Origin: Sedimentisphaerales bacterium
GTDB lineage: Bacteria; Planctomycetota; Phycisphaerae; Sedimentisphaerales; Anaerobacaceae
Direction of reading: 5' to 3'
NCBI GenBank assembly: GCA_963708075.1
Contig: OY970194.1
Coordinates: 5,952,001 to 6,016,000, forward strand
Length of the DNA: 64,000 bases
Shown here: in pieces, positions 19,544 to 30,600 of the stretch
Numbering within the stretch: position 1 is the first letter of the stretch
Layout: every line of letters starts with the position of its first letter
Program-made: the position numbers and the translations under genes
Notes under the pieces: generated by a model
The model's database searches: none
What the model saw: only the letters and a program-made list of their open reading frames with translations
Told to the model about the DNA's origin: nothing

Positions 19544-22500
19544 TCAGGGATTGGGGCCGGTCGTGTCGGCCGTGCCGGGGGAGCCGCCCAGGCGTGCGCT
19601 GGAGCGCCAGGCGCTTTTGAGTGACCATGCCTCCGTGTCGGAGTTGGTCGGATCGGCGATTGTCAGGGAGTATCCCTTGCCGTCGGTGCCGTCGTACCAG
19701 GCGTCTTCGTACTTGAAGCTGTGAATCGTCGTGCCGATGGCGTCCACCAGCTCGATCTTCTCGCCTTCATTGGCAAGGCTGCCCGCGTACTGGCCAGCGA
19801 TGGGCAGGGTCGAGCCGTATTTGGCCTTGAAGGCGGCAAGGTCCTTGACCACGAGGCAGTAGCCGCCGGGGGCCAGTTCTGTGCCGGCGAAGGTGAAGTC
19901 GATCCCGTTGGTGAATCGGACGAGGTTGAGATTGATCGTCTCGGTCCCGATGTTGGTCAGCTCGATATACTCCGTGTTGGGGTCGTCGGGATTGCCTGTC
20001 TTGAACGGGTGGTACATGATCTCGCTGATTCGGAGATTCTCCGCCACGGGACCTACGGCAAAGACTGCATCGTGCACCGCGCTCCAGATGCCGAAGAAGG
20101 TGCGTGCTTTGACACGAGTGGACTGTGTCAGGGTGACCGGTCCGGCGTACTTCGTCGCGTGCGCCGTGTTGATCGGACCGCGCGGCAGGCGGGGGTCCTG
20201 GCCGTCAACCGCATAATAGATGTCGCCCCAGGGCGTGGTCATGGTCAGGCTGAATCCGCGGGGGACCATCCCTCCATGCTGGTTGAACGTCGGCGCATCG
20301 AGGGGCGAATACCAGCCTTTAGTCCTGAGTTGCTCGACCACGACCGCTGCCCGCGTGGGGAAGTACTCGTCGAGCAGGTACCGGACCTGGGGGAGCCAGT
20401 CGTCGTCCCTGGTCCGCGGCTTGGCGACTTTGGTGTCGCCCCAGCGGGCGGATTCCGCGATGATCGCCAGATCGATGGTGTCCTTGCGGGCCAGGAGCAG
20501 TTGCGTGACGGCTTCCGGCGTCATCGTGCCGTCGTTGAAGAAGCACTCGTACACGCGGTCGGCGAAACGCATCTTGTACTCGGCGTTGGCCGCGAGTTGC
20601 TGGTGCAACCATTGCGGGTTGAAGTGCTGGACCTGCTGCCCGGCGGGATAGGGGCCGGTGCGGTCCTCGGTGAGGCCGAACATTGTGTGCTCGCAATCGT
20701 GCCGGAAGAACTTGAAACCGTCCGGCGTTGTGTGATTGTAGAGGGCGTAGAAGTTGTTGGGGACGCTGTTCTGGATAAAGCTCGATATTGGGGCATCGAG
20801 ATCGCCCTGGTAGAACGCGCAGAGCATGTAGTCGATGAGGTTGTCGACGTCGAGCAGCCGCTCGTAGGCCGGATCGCGGGTGCCGTCCATTTTGAGTCCC
20901 TGCACGCGGAAGTAGAGCACGTCGGAAGTGAGGCCTTTCCGGGCCGCGTCCCAGAGCCGGTTGTATGCGCTCAGGTTTCCATCCGTAGTCTGGACAGTGT
21001 AGGGCCTGCCGGGGCCCGCATCGACCTTGACCACGTCGTAATCCTCACCGCTGCCGCCGAAGTACGACGCCGCATAAGATGCCTCGGACCGCTCCTGGGT
21101 TTGGTAGATCCCGTGATATTGGCCGTTGAGGTAGAGGTGGTAGTATCGGCTTCGCGTATAGGGTTTGCCCAGGGTGGCCTGGAGGTCGCGGGAGAAGATG
21201 TCACGAAGCATCGTATTCTTATTGCCGGTGTCGTTGCCCTGATCGCCGCGAAAGGCCCAGGAATAGTTCTGTTCGGTCCGCAGGTCGATGCACTCGAAGG
21301 TGTCCACGCCCTCGTCGCCAAACAGCGGGTACTTCAACTCGGGCATGCCGTATTCCGCCCGGAAGAAGAGGCGCAATCCATGCTTGGCATTGTCGCCCAC
21401 GCGGCCGTAGCCCCCGCGAATCCGTAGGCCTGCGTTGACGTCGAACCCCCGGCTCCCGTCCGGATGGATCAGCTCCACGGAAACCGGCCGTTCCCAGTCG
21501 CGTCCATCCTGCATCGCGTTCACGTAGATCCCCGTGCGAGAGTCGAACAGGTTGGCCAGGCTCGTCACGAGCGAAATCGACGGAATCGCCAGCAGGGCGT
21601 CATCCACCAAATCCTTGTATCGCGGGTCATTGACCACGTCAGGGTCCATTCCGTAATCAATCATCTGGGGACCGCTTGGGTTTACAAAGGCGCCGGAGTT
21701 GACTACCCTTGGCTCCGGCCAACCCGGGCCGGGTTTGGCACCCGTGGGTGATTGCACTATCACGTCGTTGACGAAGATGTAGGTCTGCGTGCGAACTGTC
21801 GAGGATTTCCAGCCCGGCTTGGCCGCCATCGCCCGCAGACACGCGGTCTTCTCGATGCGGATGGGGCCGGTGTAGACTGTGCCCGATGTCTGACCGGGGG
21901 TCTCACCATCGACAGTAAGATAAATTGTTGCGTCGGGCGTGTCCGTGGCGAGGGTGACGGACAATGGCTCGCTGTAGAAGCCGTGCGGATGGCTGAACAC
22001 GATCTCGCCGACCACGCCTTCGTAGGCCCCCTGGTTCTCTGCCTCCAGGGTGGCCGCGGGGAAGAACCGCCACTCGCCGGTATCGGAGCAGCGGCCATAG
22101 GAGACGTCACAGCCCAGGGTGGGGAAGGTAACGCTATCGATAAGCGTCGTTCCATCACTGTCGAACAGGCCCACCTGCTCGCCGCCGGCACTGAGCTTGA
22201 ATGCGGCGTGGAGTCCGCGATCCGCCGTGTCCTCGTCGGCCCAGATCAAAAGATACCCGTGCGGTGCGATGGTGGTGAGGGCCGGATCGTTCGCCGGGAT
22301 TTGCCACTTGGTTGGCTTCTCCAGGTTATCCGTCACATACATGCCCCCGGCATCGACGGGCGTGTCCCCGTGGTTGTAAATCTCTATCCAGTCGTCGAAC
22401 TGGCCCTGCGGGTCCGCCTTCGTCTTGCCGTTGGACGACATCACCTCGTTGATCACCAGGGAGACGCCGGCCCCCGGCTCCATTGCCGCCGCAAGCTGCA

Positions 22501-22564
22501 TGGTCAGCAGCATCACGATCGCGCCGCTCATAAGTCCGGCCATTCTTCCATTCACTCTTCTCAT
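19544..22564 (-). CDS. Secreted lamin-tail/Fn3-associated/CotH-kinase multidomain protein
   Basis: LVINEVMSSN..DWIEIYN (LTD), GLRIRGG, LYLNGQYHGIY...ER (CotH), second LTD LRISEIMYHP. Confidence 0.88.
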   Translation of the reverse strand: MRRVNGRMAGLMSGAIVMLLTMQLAAAMEPGAGVSLVINEVMSSNGKTKADPQGQFDDWIEIYNHGDTPVDAGGMYVTDNLEKPTKWQIPANDPALTTIAPHGYLLIWADEDTADRGLHAAFKLSAGGEQVGLFDSDGTTLIDSVTFPTLGCDVSYGRCSDTGEWRFFPAATLEAENQGAYEGVVGEIVFSHPHGFYSEPLSVTLATDTPDATIYLTVDGETPGQTSGTVYTGPIRIEKTACLRAMAAKPGWKSSTVRTQTYIFVNDVIVQSPTGAKPGPGWPEPRVVNSGAFVNPSGPQMIDYGMDPDVVNDPRYKDLVDDALLAIPSISLVTSLANLFDSRTGIYVNAMQDGRDWERPVSVELIHPDGSRGFDVNAGLRIRGGYGRVGDNAKHGLRLFFRAEYGMPELKYPLFGDEGVDTFECIDLRTEQNYSWAFRGDQGNDTGNKNTMLRDIFSRDLQATLGKPYTRSRYYHLYLNGQYHGIYQTQERSEASYAASYFGGSGEDYDVVKVDAGPGRPYTVQTTDGNLSAYNRLWDAARKGLTSDVLYFRVQGLKMDGTRDPAYERLLDVDNLIDYMLCAFYQGDLDAPISSFIQNSVPNNFYALYNHTTPDGFKFFRHDCEHTMFGLTEDRTGPYPAGQQVQHFNPQWLHQQLAANAEYKMRFADRVYECFFNDGTMTPEAVTQLLLARKDTIDLAIIAESARWGDTKVAKPRTRDDDWLPQVRYLLDEYFPTRAAVVVEQLRTKGWYSPLDAPTFNQHGGMVPRGFSLTMTTPWGDIYYAVDGQDPRLPRGPINTAHATKYAGPVTLTQSTRVKARTFFGIWSAVHDAVFAVGPVAENLRISEIMYHPFKTGNPDDPNTEYIELTNIGTETINLNLVRFTNGIDFTFAGTELAPGGYCLVVKDLAAFKAKYGSTLPIAGQYAGSLANEGEKIELVDAIGTTIHSFKYEDAWYDGTDGKGYSLTIADPTNSDTEAWSLKSAWRSSARLGGSPGTADTTGPNP

Positions 22565-22823
22565 GATGAATACCTCCGGTCCAATCTGGTATTTGCACGG
22601 TAATCCATGGGTTTCTCCCGACTTTCTGCCTTATAGTGCGTCATCCAGGGGCGGCGTACCCCAAAAGAAAGTCCGGCCAACCTGAAAAATATTCAGTGGA
22701 AAAAGCACGTCAAGCCCGGGGTTTGGGCCCTGCTCACGTCCCGCGGCGTTGTGCCGGGCGGGGTTTTCCTGTATTCTATAAGAAAGTGCTTTCCTTTGAG
22801 GAGGCTTTGACATGACGGGAAGG

Positions 22824-23286
22824 ATGCATCCCACCCTGGATGCGGTGATACGGCTGGGCTACCGGTGGGCGTACCTGATGCTCCGCCTCTGGTGGCTGGT
22901 GCCGCCGCCCGCGCACGCGTGGGGCGGCGGTCGCCCTCTGGCACGAGGGCAAGGTCCTGATGGTCCGCACGAGCTACCGGGACTGCTACTCGCTGCCGGG
23001 CGGCTTCGTCCGTCCGGGCGAGCCGCCGGAGCAGGCCGCACGCCGGGAGCTGGTCGAAGAAGTCGGCCTCGATCTCCCGGCACAGGCCCTGTGTCACGCC
23101 TGGAACGGCACCGTGCAATTCGAGTCCCGCGAGGACACCATCGACATCTGGGAGGTCTCGCTGGACGAGCCGCCCGCCCTGCACATCACCGGCCGCGAGA
23201 TCGTCTGGGCAGGCTGGATGGACCCCTCCGCTGCATTGGGCCGCCGCCTCCTGCCCCACCTCGCCGCCTACCTCGCTCAACGCTGA
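22824..23286 (+). pseudogene. NUDIX hydrolase with an apparent 1-nt insertion near 22902
   Basis: Nudix box GGFVRPGEPPEQAARRELVEEVGL. The N-terminus MHPTLD...LWWLV joins RRPRTRGAAVALWHEGKVLM only if one C is removed. Confidence 0.7.
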
Positions 23287-24048
23287 GAAATGACCGGCCG
23301 GTGGTGGGTGACATCATTTCACTGTCAACCGGGAACTGACAACCGCCGACTTAGGACCATCTTTCTTCCCTTGGTTCTCCAGCCCTTACGCATCATAATG
23401 ATCCCCGCGAAACACCCCGAGGCAGGAGAACAGGGTCACAGGAGAGGAGAACAGAGAGGAGAACAGGGTCAGGTCTGCAATTTAGGAATTATTCGTGCGG
23501 ACGTTATCTGGAGACGCCACACTGATTTTGCCGGATGCATGGGGCAGGCTACCCATTCTGTGCTCGCGGTTTTCATGGGCTGGGCGAGGCGGGATCGGGC
23601 GTAAAGGGGCGCTTCTGTTACCCGGTGGCGCGGGCTTTGCGGAGGGGTTGGGTGGTCTGAGGCCGTGCGTGTCGGGCGGCTTTGCGGCTGCGGGCGGTGA
23701 TGGCGGCGCAGGCCTCGGCGAGGGCCACGCCGATGGGGACCGGGTCGGATTGCCGTTTCGCGGGGCGGCGCTGGAAACTTGATCGTGCGGACTGGATTCA
23801 TGGAATTCCTCTCTGTATCGACCGCCGACATGTCGGATGGATTCTGCGTTTGAAGTTGTCTGTGTTCATCATGCATATGGTCATTATACCATAGTTCCGG
23901 GCCAAGGCAAGGTGATTCCGAAAAAAACTGCGTTTTCACTGTTCCGGGGTGCTATACGCAGAAAGGGTGGACGAAGGTTTGTGCGTGGCCGATATTCATA
24001 GGGTGGCTGTAGCATTGCGGCCGGGTTCGATCTTGCAGGAAATGGGCC

Positions 24049-25758
24049 ATGGTGAGAATCAACATTGGTGGGTCCGGTGATAACGCGGGCAAACCTGCCT
24101 CCATTCTCGGCAGGTGCGGGCTATCGCTGTTCTTCTTGGTCTTTTTTGCGATGGGCTCGCTTTTCGAGGTATTTACTCTTCGCGAATTCGGCCGGGCGTC
24201 GGGGCAGCGGTTCTGGAAACGGGTGCCCTGCGCGATTGTGGCCAGCGAAGTCCGGGAGGTCGGCGGCGAGTCGCCCTATGCGATCACTATCGGCTATCAA
24301 TACGATTTTGGCGGGCGTCGGTATAGCGGCTCGGCCTACAAGCGTGGCTATTCGGCTTCTGATACGTACTCCGGCGTGCAGAAGATCGTGCAGAAATACC
24401 CCGTCGGCCGCGCCACTGTCTGCTATGTGAACCCCGGCAACCCGGCTGAGGCTGTTCTGAAGCGCAACAGTCTGCTCATTGGCTTTGCGGCTCTGTTTCC
24501 ACTGATCTTCGTCGCCATCGGGGCCGGGGGAATTTACTTCATCTGGCGCAAATCCCCGCCTGCCGAGGCGAGGCCGATTGCTCCCATCGCCCCTCGCACG
24601 AAGGGCAGGAGCAAGTACGCCGTGGCGGCGTTCTTTGCCCTGTTCGCCGTCATCGGCGGCGCGATGCTCTATCCGCTCGGGATTCGGCCGATTGCCAGGA
24701 CGATCGATGCCGGAAGCTGGCTCCCGACACCCTGTAAAGTGCTCCACGCGGAAGTCCGCGATCACGATAGCGATGACGGCACAACCTATAGCGCATACAT
24801 CCTCTACCAATACGACTTCAACGGTCAGACGTATAAGTGCGACCGGTACGAGTTCCTCGGCGGCTCGTCCAGCGGCTATGAGCGCAAGGCCCGCGTCGTC
24901 GAGCAGTATCGGACGGCCGCGAATCCAATCTGCTATGTCAATCCCAAGGACCCCTCCGAGGCCGTGCTCAAGCGGGGGTTCCATGCGAAGCTGCTGCTGG
25001 CGCTATTCCCGCTGCCATTCCTGCTGGTCGGGGTTGGCGGCATAGTCCGCGCGCTGCGGGGCAAGAAAGACAGCACTTCGTTTGCGGGGACACTGAGCAC
25101 GCAGGCGTCGGCTCCCGCGTCTGATCCTCTGTCGCTGTTGCGGCCGGTCGAGACCGGGCCGGCGATGCTCCAGCCCAAGTTCTCGGCACGGGCCAAGCTC
25201 ATCGGGGCGATCCTCGCGGCCATATTCTGGAACGGGATCGTTTCCGTCTTCGTAGCCGGCGCCGGACTGTTCATGATGATCTTCCTGCTGCCCTTCATCG
25301 CGATCGGCGTCGGGCTGATCGGGCTCGTCGTTTACCAGTTCCTGGCCCTGTTCAATCCTCGCCCGGCGCTGCAACTGAATCCGCAGACGATCGCGCTGGG
25401 CGGAGCGGCCGAGTTGCGATGGAGCTTCTCCGGGCAGATCAGCCGCATCCGCGAGCTCACGGTGACGCTTCGCGGCATCGAGCGGGCCACGTATCGCAAG
25501 GGCACCAGCACGTACACCGATGAGAGCACGTTCTACGAGCAGGAGCTCCACAGGACCGACAGCCTCGCCGAGATCGCTTCCGGGCAGGTCGGCTTCCTCC
25601 TGCCGCAGGATACGATGCACTCGTTCAAGGCCGACAACAACAGTATTGTCTGGAAGCTCGACGTGCGCGGCGATATCAAGAGCTGGCCGAACGTGCACGA
25701 ATCGTTTGAAATCGAGGTGACGCCGGGGACGTCCGGGAGGCAAGAGCGGCATGGGTAG
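24049..25758 (+). CDS. Membrane protein with two DUF3592-like domains
   Basis: Two copies of W....C.(I/V)..SEV.....Y.Y.F.G..Y.....VCYVNP..P.EAVL.R between TM helices. Confidence 0.8.
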   Translation: MVRINIGGSGDNAGKPASILGRCGLSLFFLVFFAMGSLFEVFTLREFGRASGQRFWKRVPCAIVASEVREVGGESPYAITIGYQYDFGGRRYSGSAYKRGYSASDTYSGVQKIVQKYPVGRATVCYVNPGNPAEAVLKRNSLLIGFAALFPLIFVAIGAGGIYFIWRKSPPAEARPIAPIAPRTKGRSKYAVAAFFALFAVIGGAMLYPLGIRPIARTIDAGSWLPTPCKVLHAEVRDHDSDDGTTYSAYILYQYDFNGQTYKCDRYEFLGGSSSGYERKARVVEQYRTAANPICYVNPKDPSEAVLKRGFHAKLLLALFPLPFLLVGVGGIVRALRGKKDSTSFAGTLSTQASAPASDPLSLLRPVETGPAMLQPKFSARAKLIGAILAAIFWNGIVSVFVAGAGLFMMIFLLPFIAIGVGLIGLVVYQFLALFNPRPALQLNPQTIALGGAAELRWSFSGQISRIRELTVTLRGIERATYRKGTSTYTDESTFYEQELHRTDSLAEIASGQVGFLLPQDTMHSFKADNNSIVWKLDVRGDIKSWPNVHESFEIEVTPGTSGRQERHG

Positions 25759-26182
25759 GCTCGGTATCGAATTGAGTGGCAGCAAGGATGCATTCGCGCC
25801 GGGAGAACAGGTCGAAGGGCGAATCGAATGGGGCCTCGATGCGAATCCCAAGGCCCTAACGCTCTCGCTCCTGTGGTACACCAGCGGCAAAGGAACGCGC
25901 GACGCCCGCGTACTGCACACACATAAGATCGACAACCCCGGCGCTCTCGGCTCTGACAAATTCAGCTTCACTCTGCCCGCCGGACCCTACAGCTTTTCCG
26001 GCAAGCTGATCTCGCTGATCTGGGCCCTCGAACTGACCTGCACGCCCGGCAATGAGACAGTCCGCAAGGAAATCGTCGTCTCCCCCACAGGCCGCGAGAT
26101 CATCTTGGGTGGTCACATAGGTCCAATTGGTCCTATAGGTCCCATTTCGTCCATGCAAGGTGTGCCTTATGCGGGCGCGTGA
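25751..26182 (+). CDS. Hypothetical protein (arrestin/SpoOM-like beta-sandwich)
   Basis: Overlaps the upstream stop. LLWYTSGKG..D and F.F.LP.GPYSFSGKLISL.W.LEL. Confidence 0.7.
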   Translation: MGRLGIELSGSKDAFAPGEQVEGRIEWGLDANPKALTLSLLWYTSGKGTRDARVLHTHKIDNPGALGSDKFSFTLPAGPYSFSGKLISLIWALELTCTPGNETVRKEIVVSPTGREIILGGHIGPIGPIGPISSMQGVPYAGA

Positions 26183-26741
26183 CAATCCCTTCGCCGCCGA
26201 CCGTATCGAGCGCATTCATTACCGCTTCGCCGGGACCTCGCTCGACGAGATGCTCACGCGCCTTGATGAGATGAACTATCGCGCCGCCATCACCGGTCCC
26301 GAAGGCTCCGGCAAAACCACGCTCCTGGAAGACCTGCGTCAAGCCCTCGAACGCAAGGGCCGGCGAACGAAGCTTCTCTTTATCAACGATACGTCCCCTC
26401 TGTCTGATCCCGAGTGTCGCCGCTTCCTCACAGAGCTTGCCCCACAAGACCTGGTTCTCCTCGACGGCGCTGACGCGATCCGCCGATCTTCCTGGTCCCT
26501 GTTCCGCCGTCACACGATCACCCACGCCGCCGGCCTGATCATCACCTCCCACCGCCCCGGCCTGCTCCCAACCCTGATCCAATGCTCCACCACCCCCGAC
26601 CTGCTCCGACAGATCGCGTCTGAATTGGCTCCAACGGACCGTCCGATTCCTTCGACTTTGCTCGACGACCTCTACACCCGCCACCAGGGCAACCTTCGCC
26701 TCTGCCTCCGCGACCTCTATGACCTGCACGCTCAGACTTGA
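26169..26741 (+). CDS. Small P-loop ATPase
   Basis: NPF, Walker A GPEGSGKT, Walker B VLLDGAD, C-terminal GNLR..LR.LYD. Confidence 0.8.
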   Translation: MRARDNPFAADRIERIHYRFAGTSLDEMLTRLDEMNYRAAITGPEGSGKTTLLEDLRQALERKGRRTKLLFINDTSPLSDPECRRFLTELAPQDLVLLDGADAIRRSSWSLFRRHTITHAAGLIITSHRPGLLPTLIQCSTTPDLLRQIASELAPTDRPIPSTLLDDLYTRHQGNLRLCLRDLYDLHAQT

Positions 26742-26798
26742 TCAGGCCACAGCAGGCACGAAGATCATAGAGGGAAGAACTCTATGGCTTCGATTTGG

Positions 26799-26893
26799 GT
26801 TACCATACATAACGACGAAGTGCTATTAGTGTATGGTAACTCTTGACATGAGTTACCATGCTAGGTAGGATAGAATGAAGGGTGTATGGTAAC
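26799..26893 (+). promoter_or_regulatory. Promoter with four GTATGGTAAC boxes
   Basis: TTGACA 26843-17 bp-TAGGAT 26866. Boxes at 26799 (inverted), 26831, 26852 (inverted, 1 mismatch) and 26884. Confidence 0.75.
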
Positions 26894-26917
26894 TTGTGTT
26901 CTGCGTGAGAAAGCCAT

Positions 26918-27235
26918 ATGAGGGTCATAAAGAGTGTTCTGAAGGAGGAACTTGCTAACTCCCTGGCCATGAAGAAGAGCTACGAAAGGGAACTGGCCAG
27001 ACTCCCTAAAGGTAGCCTTGTCAAGAAGACCATCAAGGGACACGAGTACTATTACCTGCAGGTCCGCGAAAAGGGCAAGGTGCGGTTCCTATATAAGGGA
27101 AAGCTCGCGGACGAGGAAGTCGAGAAATACGAGCAGGCCAAACAGTACAGAGCCAAGTACCGAAGACTCCTATCGGAGGTCAAGAAACAAATCAGGTTTC
27201 TAAGGACCACATTGCGTGGAAAAGAGCCAGTATGA
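26918..27235 (+). CDS. Small basic protein, putative antitoxin/DNA-binding partner
   Basis: LPKGSL..K.IKG..YYYL..R..GKV...Y.GK motif followed by a coiled coil. Confidence 0.75.
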   Translation: MRVIKSVLKEELANSLAMKKSYERELARLPKGSLVKKTIKGHEYYYLQVREKGKVRFLYKGKLADEEVEKYEQAKQYRAKYRRLLSEVKKQIRFLRTTLRGKEPV

Positions 27236-27439
27236 ACTCTGTATCGAAGTCCTGCGCCTGAGAAGCGGGCGAAGGACAGAGAAGCAGCGATCAGAATCCT
27301 CCAGGCTCTCATTGACAAAGGCGAGGAAGACCTCCTGAGAAGCACGTTCCATGCCATGCCCCAAAGGTGGCAGACAAGAGTGAAGAAGCAACTCACGGAT
27401 CCTCTGGACAAGAATATCCTGAATACTCTCCAGCAGTGA
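27216..27439 (+). pseudogene. Internally deleted remnant, probably of a nucleotidyltransferase-fold (GSU2403-like) gene
   Basis: 14 codons MEKSQYELCIEVLR join out of frame to EKRAKDREAAIRILQALIDKG...MPQRWQTRV...*. Family call is from memory of the termini. Confidence 0.55.
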
Positions 27440-27669
27440 GCCGGAACCCAAGTCGAGTCTGTGCCCAGCTTCTTCAGACCCACGGGTCGAGGGAAGTCAG
27501 ACAGTATTGGGATAGCAACCTGCTCTGCTGTCTGACGCCTCCCCTTCTTCCAAACTGCCCCTCTATGTGACTTAGCCTCTCCTCTGTGGTTAGAAGGAAC
27601 GTGCTTGACACGGACGACATGGCGACCTATCATGGTGAGGAAAGAGGGTCATGATAGGATTCATAAGAT

Positions 27670-30600
27670 ATGCCGGATAAAGGATTTACACACCTCCATT
27701 TGCACAGCCAGTATTCGTTGCTCGATGGGGCGATCTCGTTTGAGAGGTTGTTCGATCGGTGCAAGAAGCTGGGGATGCACGCCGTGGCGGTCACGGACCA
27801 CGGCAATATGTTCGGCGCGGTGGAGTTTTACACGAAAGCCAAGGCGGCGGAGATCAAGCCGATCATCGGGATCGAGGCGTATATTGCCCCCGGGAGCCGG
27901 TTTGATCGGACTAAGACGGCGATCTCCGATGCGGCCTTTCACCTGATCCTGCTGGCGGAGAATAACGCCGGCTATCGCAATCTGCTCAAGCTTGCGAGCA
28001 CCGGTTACGTTGACGGGTTTTACTACCGGCCGCGAATCGATAAGGAAGTCCTTGCCGAGTGCCATGAGGGATTGATCTGCGCGACGGCCTGTCTCAAGGG
28101 CGAGGTCACGGCGGCGGTGGCGGCGGGGGATATGAAGGCCGCGAAGCAGGCGGCCGAGAGCTATCTGAAGATCTTCGGGCCCGAGCGATTCTTCATCGAG
28201 CTGCAAAGTCACCAGGGCGACCAGCCACACGTCCGCCAGGGGCTCATCGACCTGGCGAACGAGCTGGGTATCGGGCTCATCGCCACCAACGACGTGCACT
28301 TTCTCGAACGGGAGGACTACGAGGCGCACAACTGCCTCTGTGCGATCAGCACGGGCAAGCTGGCCAACGACCCGGACCGGATGATCTACCCGCCGGACGT
28401 GTATCTCAAGAGCAGCGACGAGATGCGCGAGATGTTCCCGGAGGCGCCGCAGGCCAGCGACAACACGCTGGCCATCGCCGAGCGGTGCAACGTGGAACTG
28501 GACCTCAAGACGCAGCACGCGCCGCGCTATCGGACGCCGGACGGCTCGACGCCGGAGAAGTATCTCGCTGGCCTGTGCGAGGAGGGGGCGAAGAAACGCT
28601 ACGGCGAGATCACCACCCAGGTGAGGGAGCGGCTCGACCGCGAGCTGGGAGTCATCCAGTCGAAGGGCTTCTCCAGCTACTTCCTGATCGTGTGGGATTT
28701 CTGCAATTACGCCCGCGGGCAGCACATCCCGCTGGGCGCCAGGGGCAGCGGCGTCGGCACGCTGGTCGGCTACTGCCTCGGCCTGTGCGACGTGGACCCG
28801 ATCAAGTATGACCTGCTCTTCGAGCGGTTCATGGACCCGGCGCGAAACGAGATGCCCGATATTGACATCGACATCTGCCAGGCGCACCGCCAGGAGGTCA
28901 TCGACTACGTGCGCAAGAAGTACGGCCACGTTGCGCAGATCATCACGTTCGGGACGATGAAGGCCAAGGCCGTCATCCGCGACGTTTGCCGGGTCCTCGG
29001 CGTCCCGCTGGTGGAGGCGGACCGGCTGGCCAAGCTTGTGCCGTTCTCGCTCGATATGACGCTCGATAAGGCCCTGGAGACGGAGCCGGAGCTCAAGCAG
29101 GCGTACGAGAGCAGCGATCTGACTCGAAAAGTGATCGACATCGGGCAAAAGCTCGAAGGACTCGCGCGGCACGCCTCGGTCCATGCCGCCGGCGTGGTCG
29201 TCGCGGATGAGCCGTTGACGAATTTCGTCCCGCTCTACAAGGCCTCGGGCTCCGACGACGTCATCACGCAGTATGAAGGCCCGATGGTCGAGAAGGTCGG
29301 CCTGCTGAAAATGGACTTTCTGGGCCTCAAAACGCTCAGCGTTCTCGAACGGGCCCGCCAGTTGGTCCAGAACAAGCACGGCGGCGAGATCGACCTGGAG
29401 AAACTCGACCTGACCGACCAGAAGGTCTTCGGAGTCTTTGCGGCGGGCCGGACCAAGGGCATCTTTCAGTTCGAATCGGGCGGGATGCAGGATCTGCTGA
29501 TGAAGATGAAGCCGGACCGCGTCGAAGACCTGATCGCGGCCAACGCCCTGTACCGTCCCGGCCCGATGATCCTGATCCCCGACTACATCGACCGCAAGCA
29601 CGGCGCCAAATGGTCCCTGCCCCACCCCATCATGACCGAGGTCCTCGAAGAAACCTATGGGATCATGTGCATCCATGAAGACGCTCGAATTGCCATGGCT
29701 GATGGCAGTGAGAAACCGATTCGGGATGTGCGGACAGGCGATTATGTCCACTCGCTGAACAGGGCGGCATCACAGTTTGAGGTCAAAGAGTGTCACGGAT
29801 GTGGCCCTACCCGCCACGGCGACGGGGTGAAGATAACGCTGGAAAACGGCTTCTCGGTCACGCTTACCGATGATCACGAGGTCTATACTTTTGCCGGCAT
29901 GAAAGAAGCCGGTAAGCTCGACCCGGCCGTCGATCTGGTCGCCGTCGGACGGCACCTGCCACAGGCTCAGGCGACAGCCAGGCACTTAGCGCCTTGGCTT
30001 GGCGCTGATGAGGACGTGGCGTACTTGCTTGGCTCGCTCATTGGTGACGGTGCGATGACTGGCAAAGGTATCTCGTTGGCTACGGGCCGCGAAGAGGACC
30101 ATCGAAAACTTCTCACCTGGATGCACGAGCAGCTGCCGTCATTGCACGCGCACGAGTATTTCCACGGGCGATCCTGGTACCTGAGTCTGTCCCATCCCCA
30201 GTTGCTCAACGATCCGGCGCACGGTAACCGCAAGACGCGACTGCATCAACTGCTGGAGACCCTGGGGATGAAGGTGTCGGCCCGGCATAAGCATGTTCCG
30301 GAGGTTATCTTCCGCTGCAACAGGAAGGTTCGAGCAGCATTTCTTGCCGGGTTACTGGATGCGGATGGATGCACCGCTATAGGTACGAAGGGCGTGGCGG
30401 TCTGTTTCCTCTCGTCATGCTCACGGATGCTGCTTGAGGATGTTCGTCGTCTCTGCCAGATGGAAGGCATCCCCACCACGATTCGACCGAACCGTATCCA
30501 GTTCTGGGACTTGCAGACGTTGTCACGTCTCGTTGAGCCGTATCTTCTCGTGCGGCGGTTCACGGGAAGACTGACCCAGGGCCGGTCTGTCGGCTGGATT

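Noticed and set aside
26116..26150. Collagen-like domain (IGPIGPIGPI)
   Set aside because: Only three 9-nt units at a gene end, better explained as a short DNA repeat read through by the ORF.
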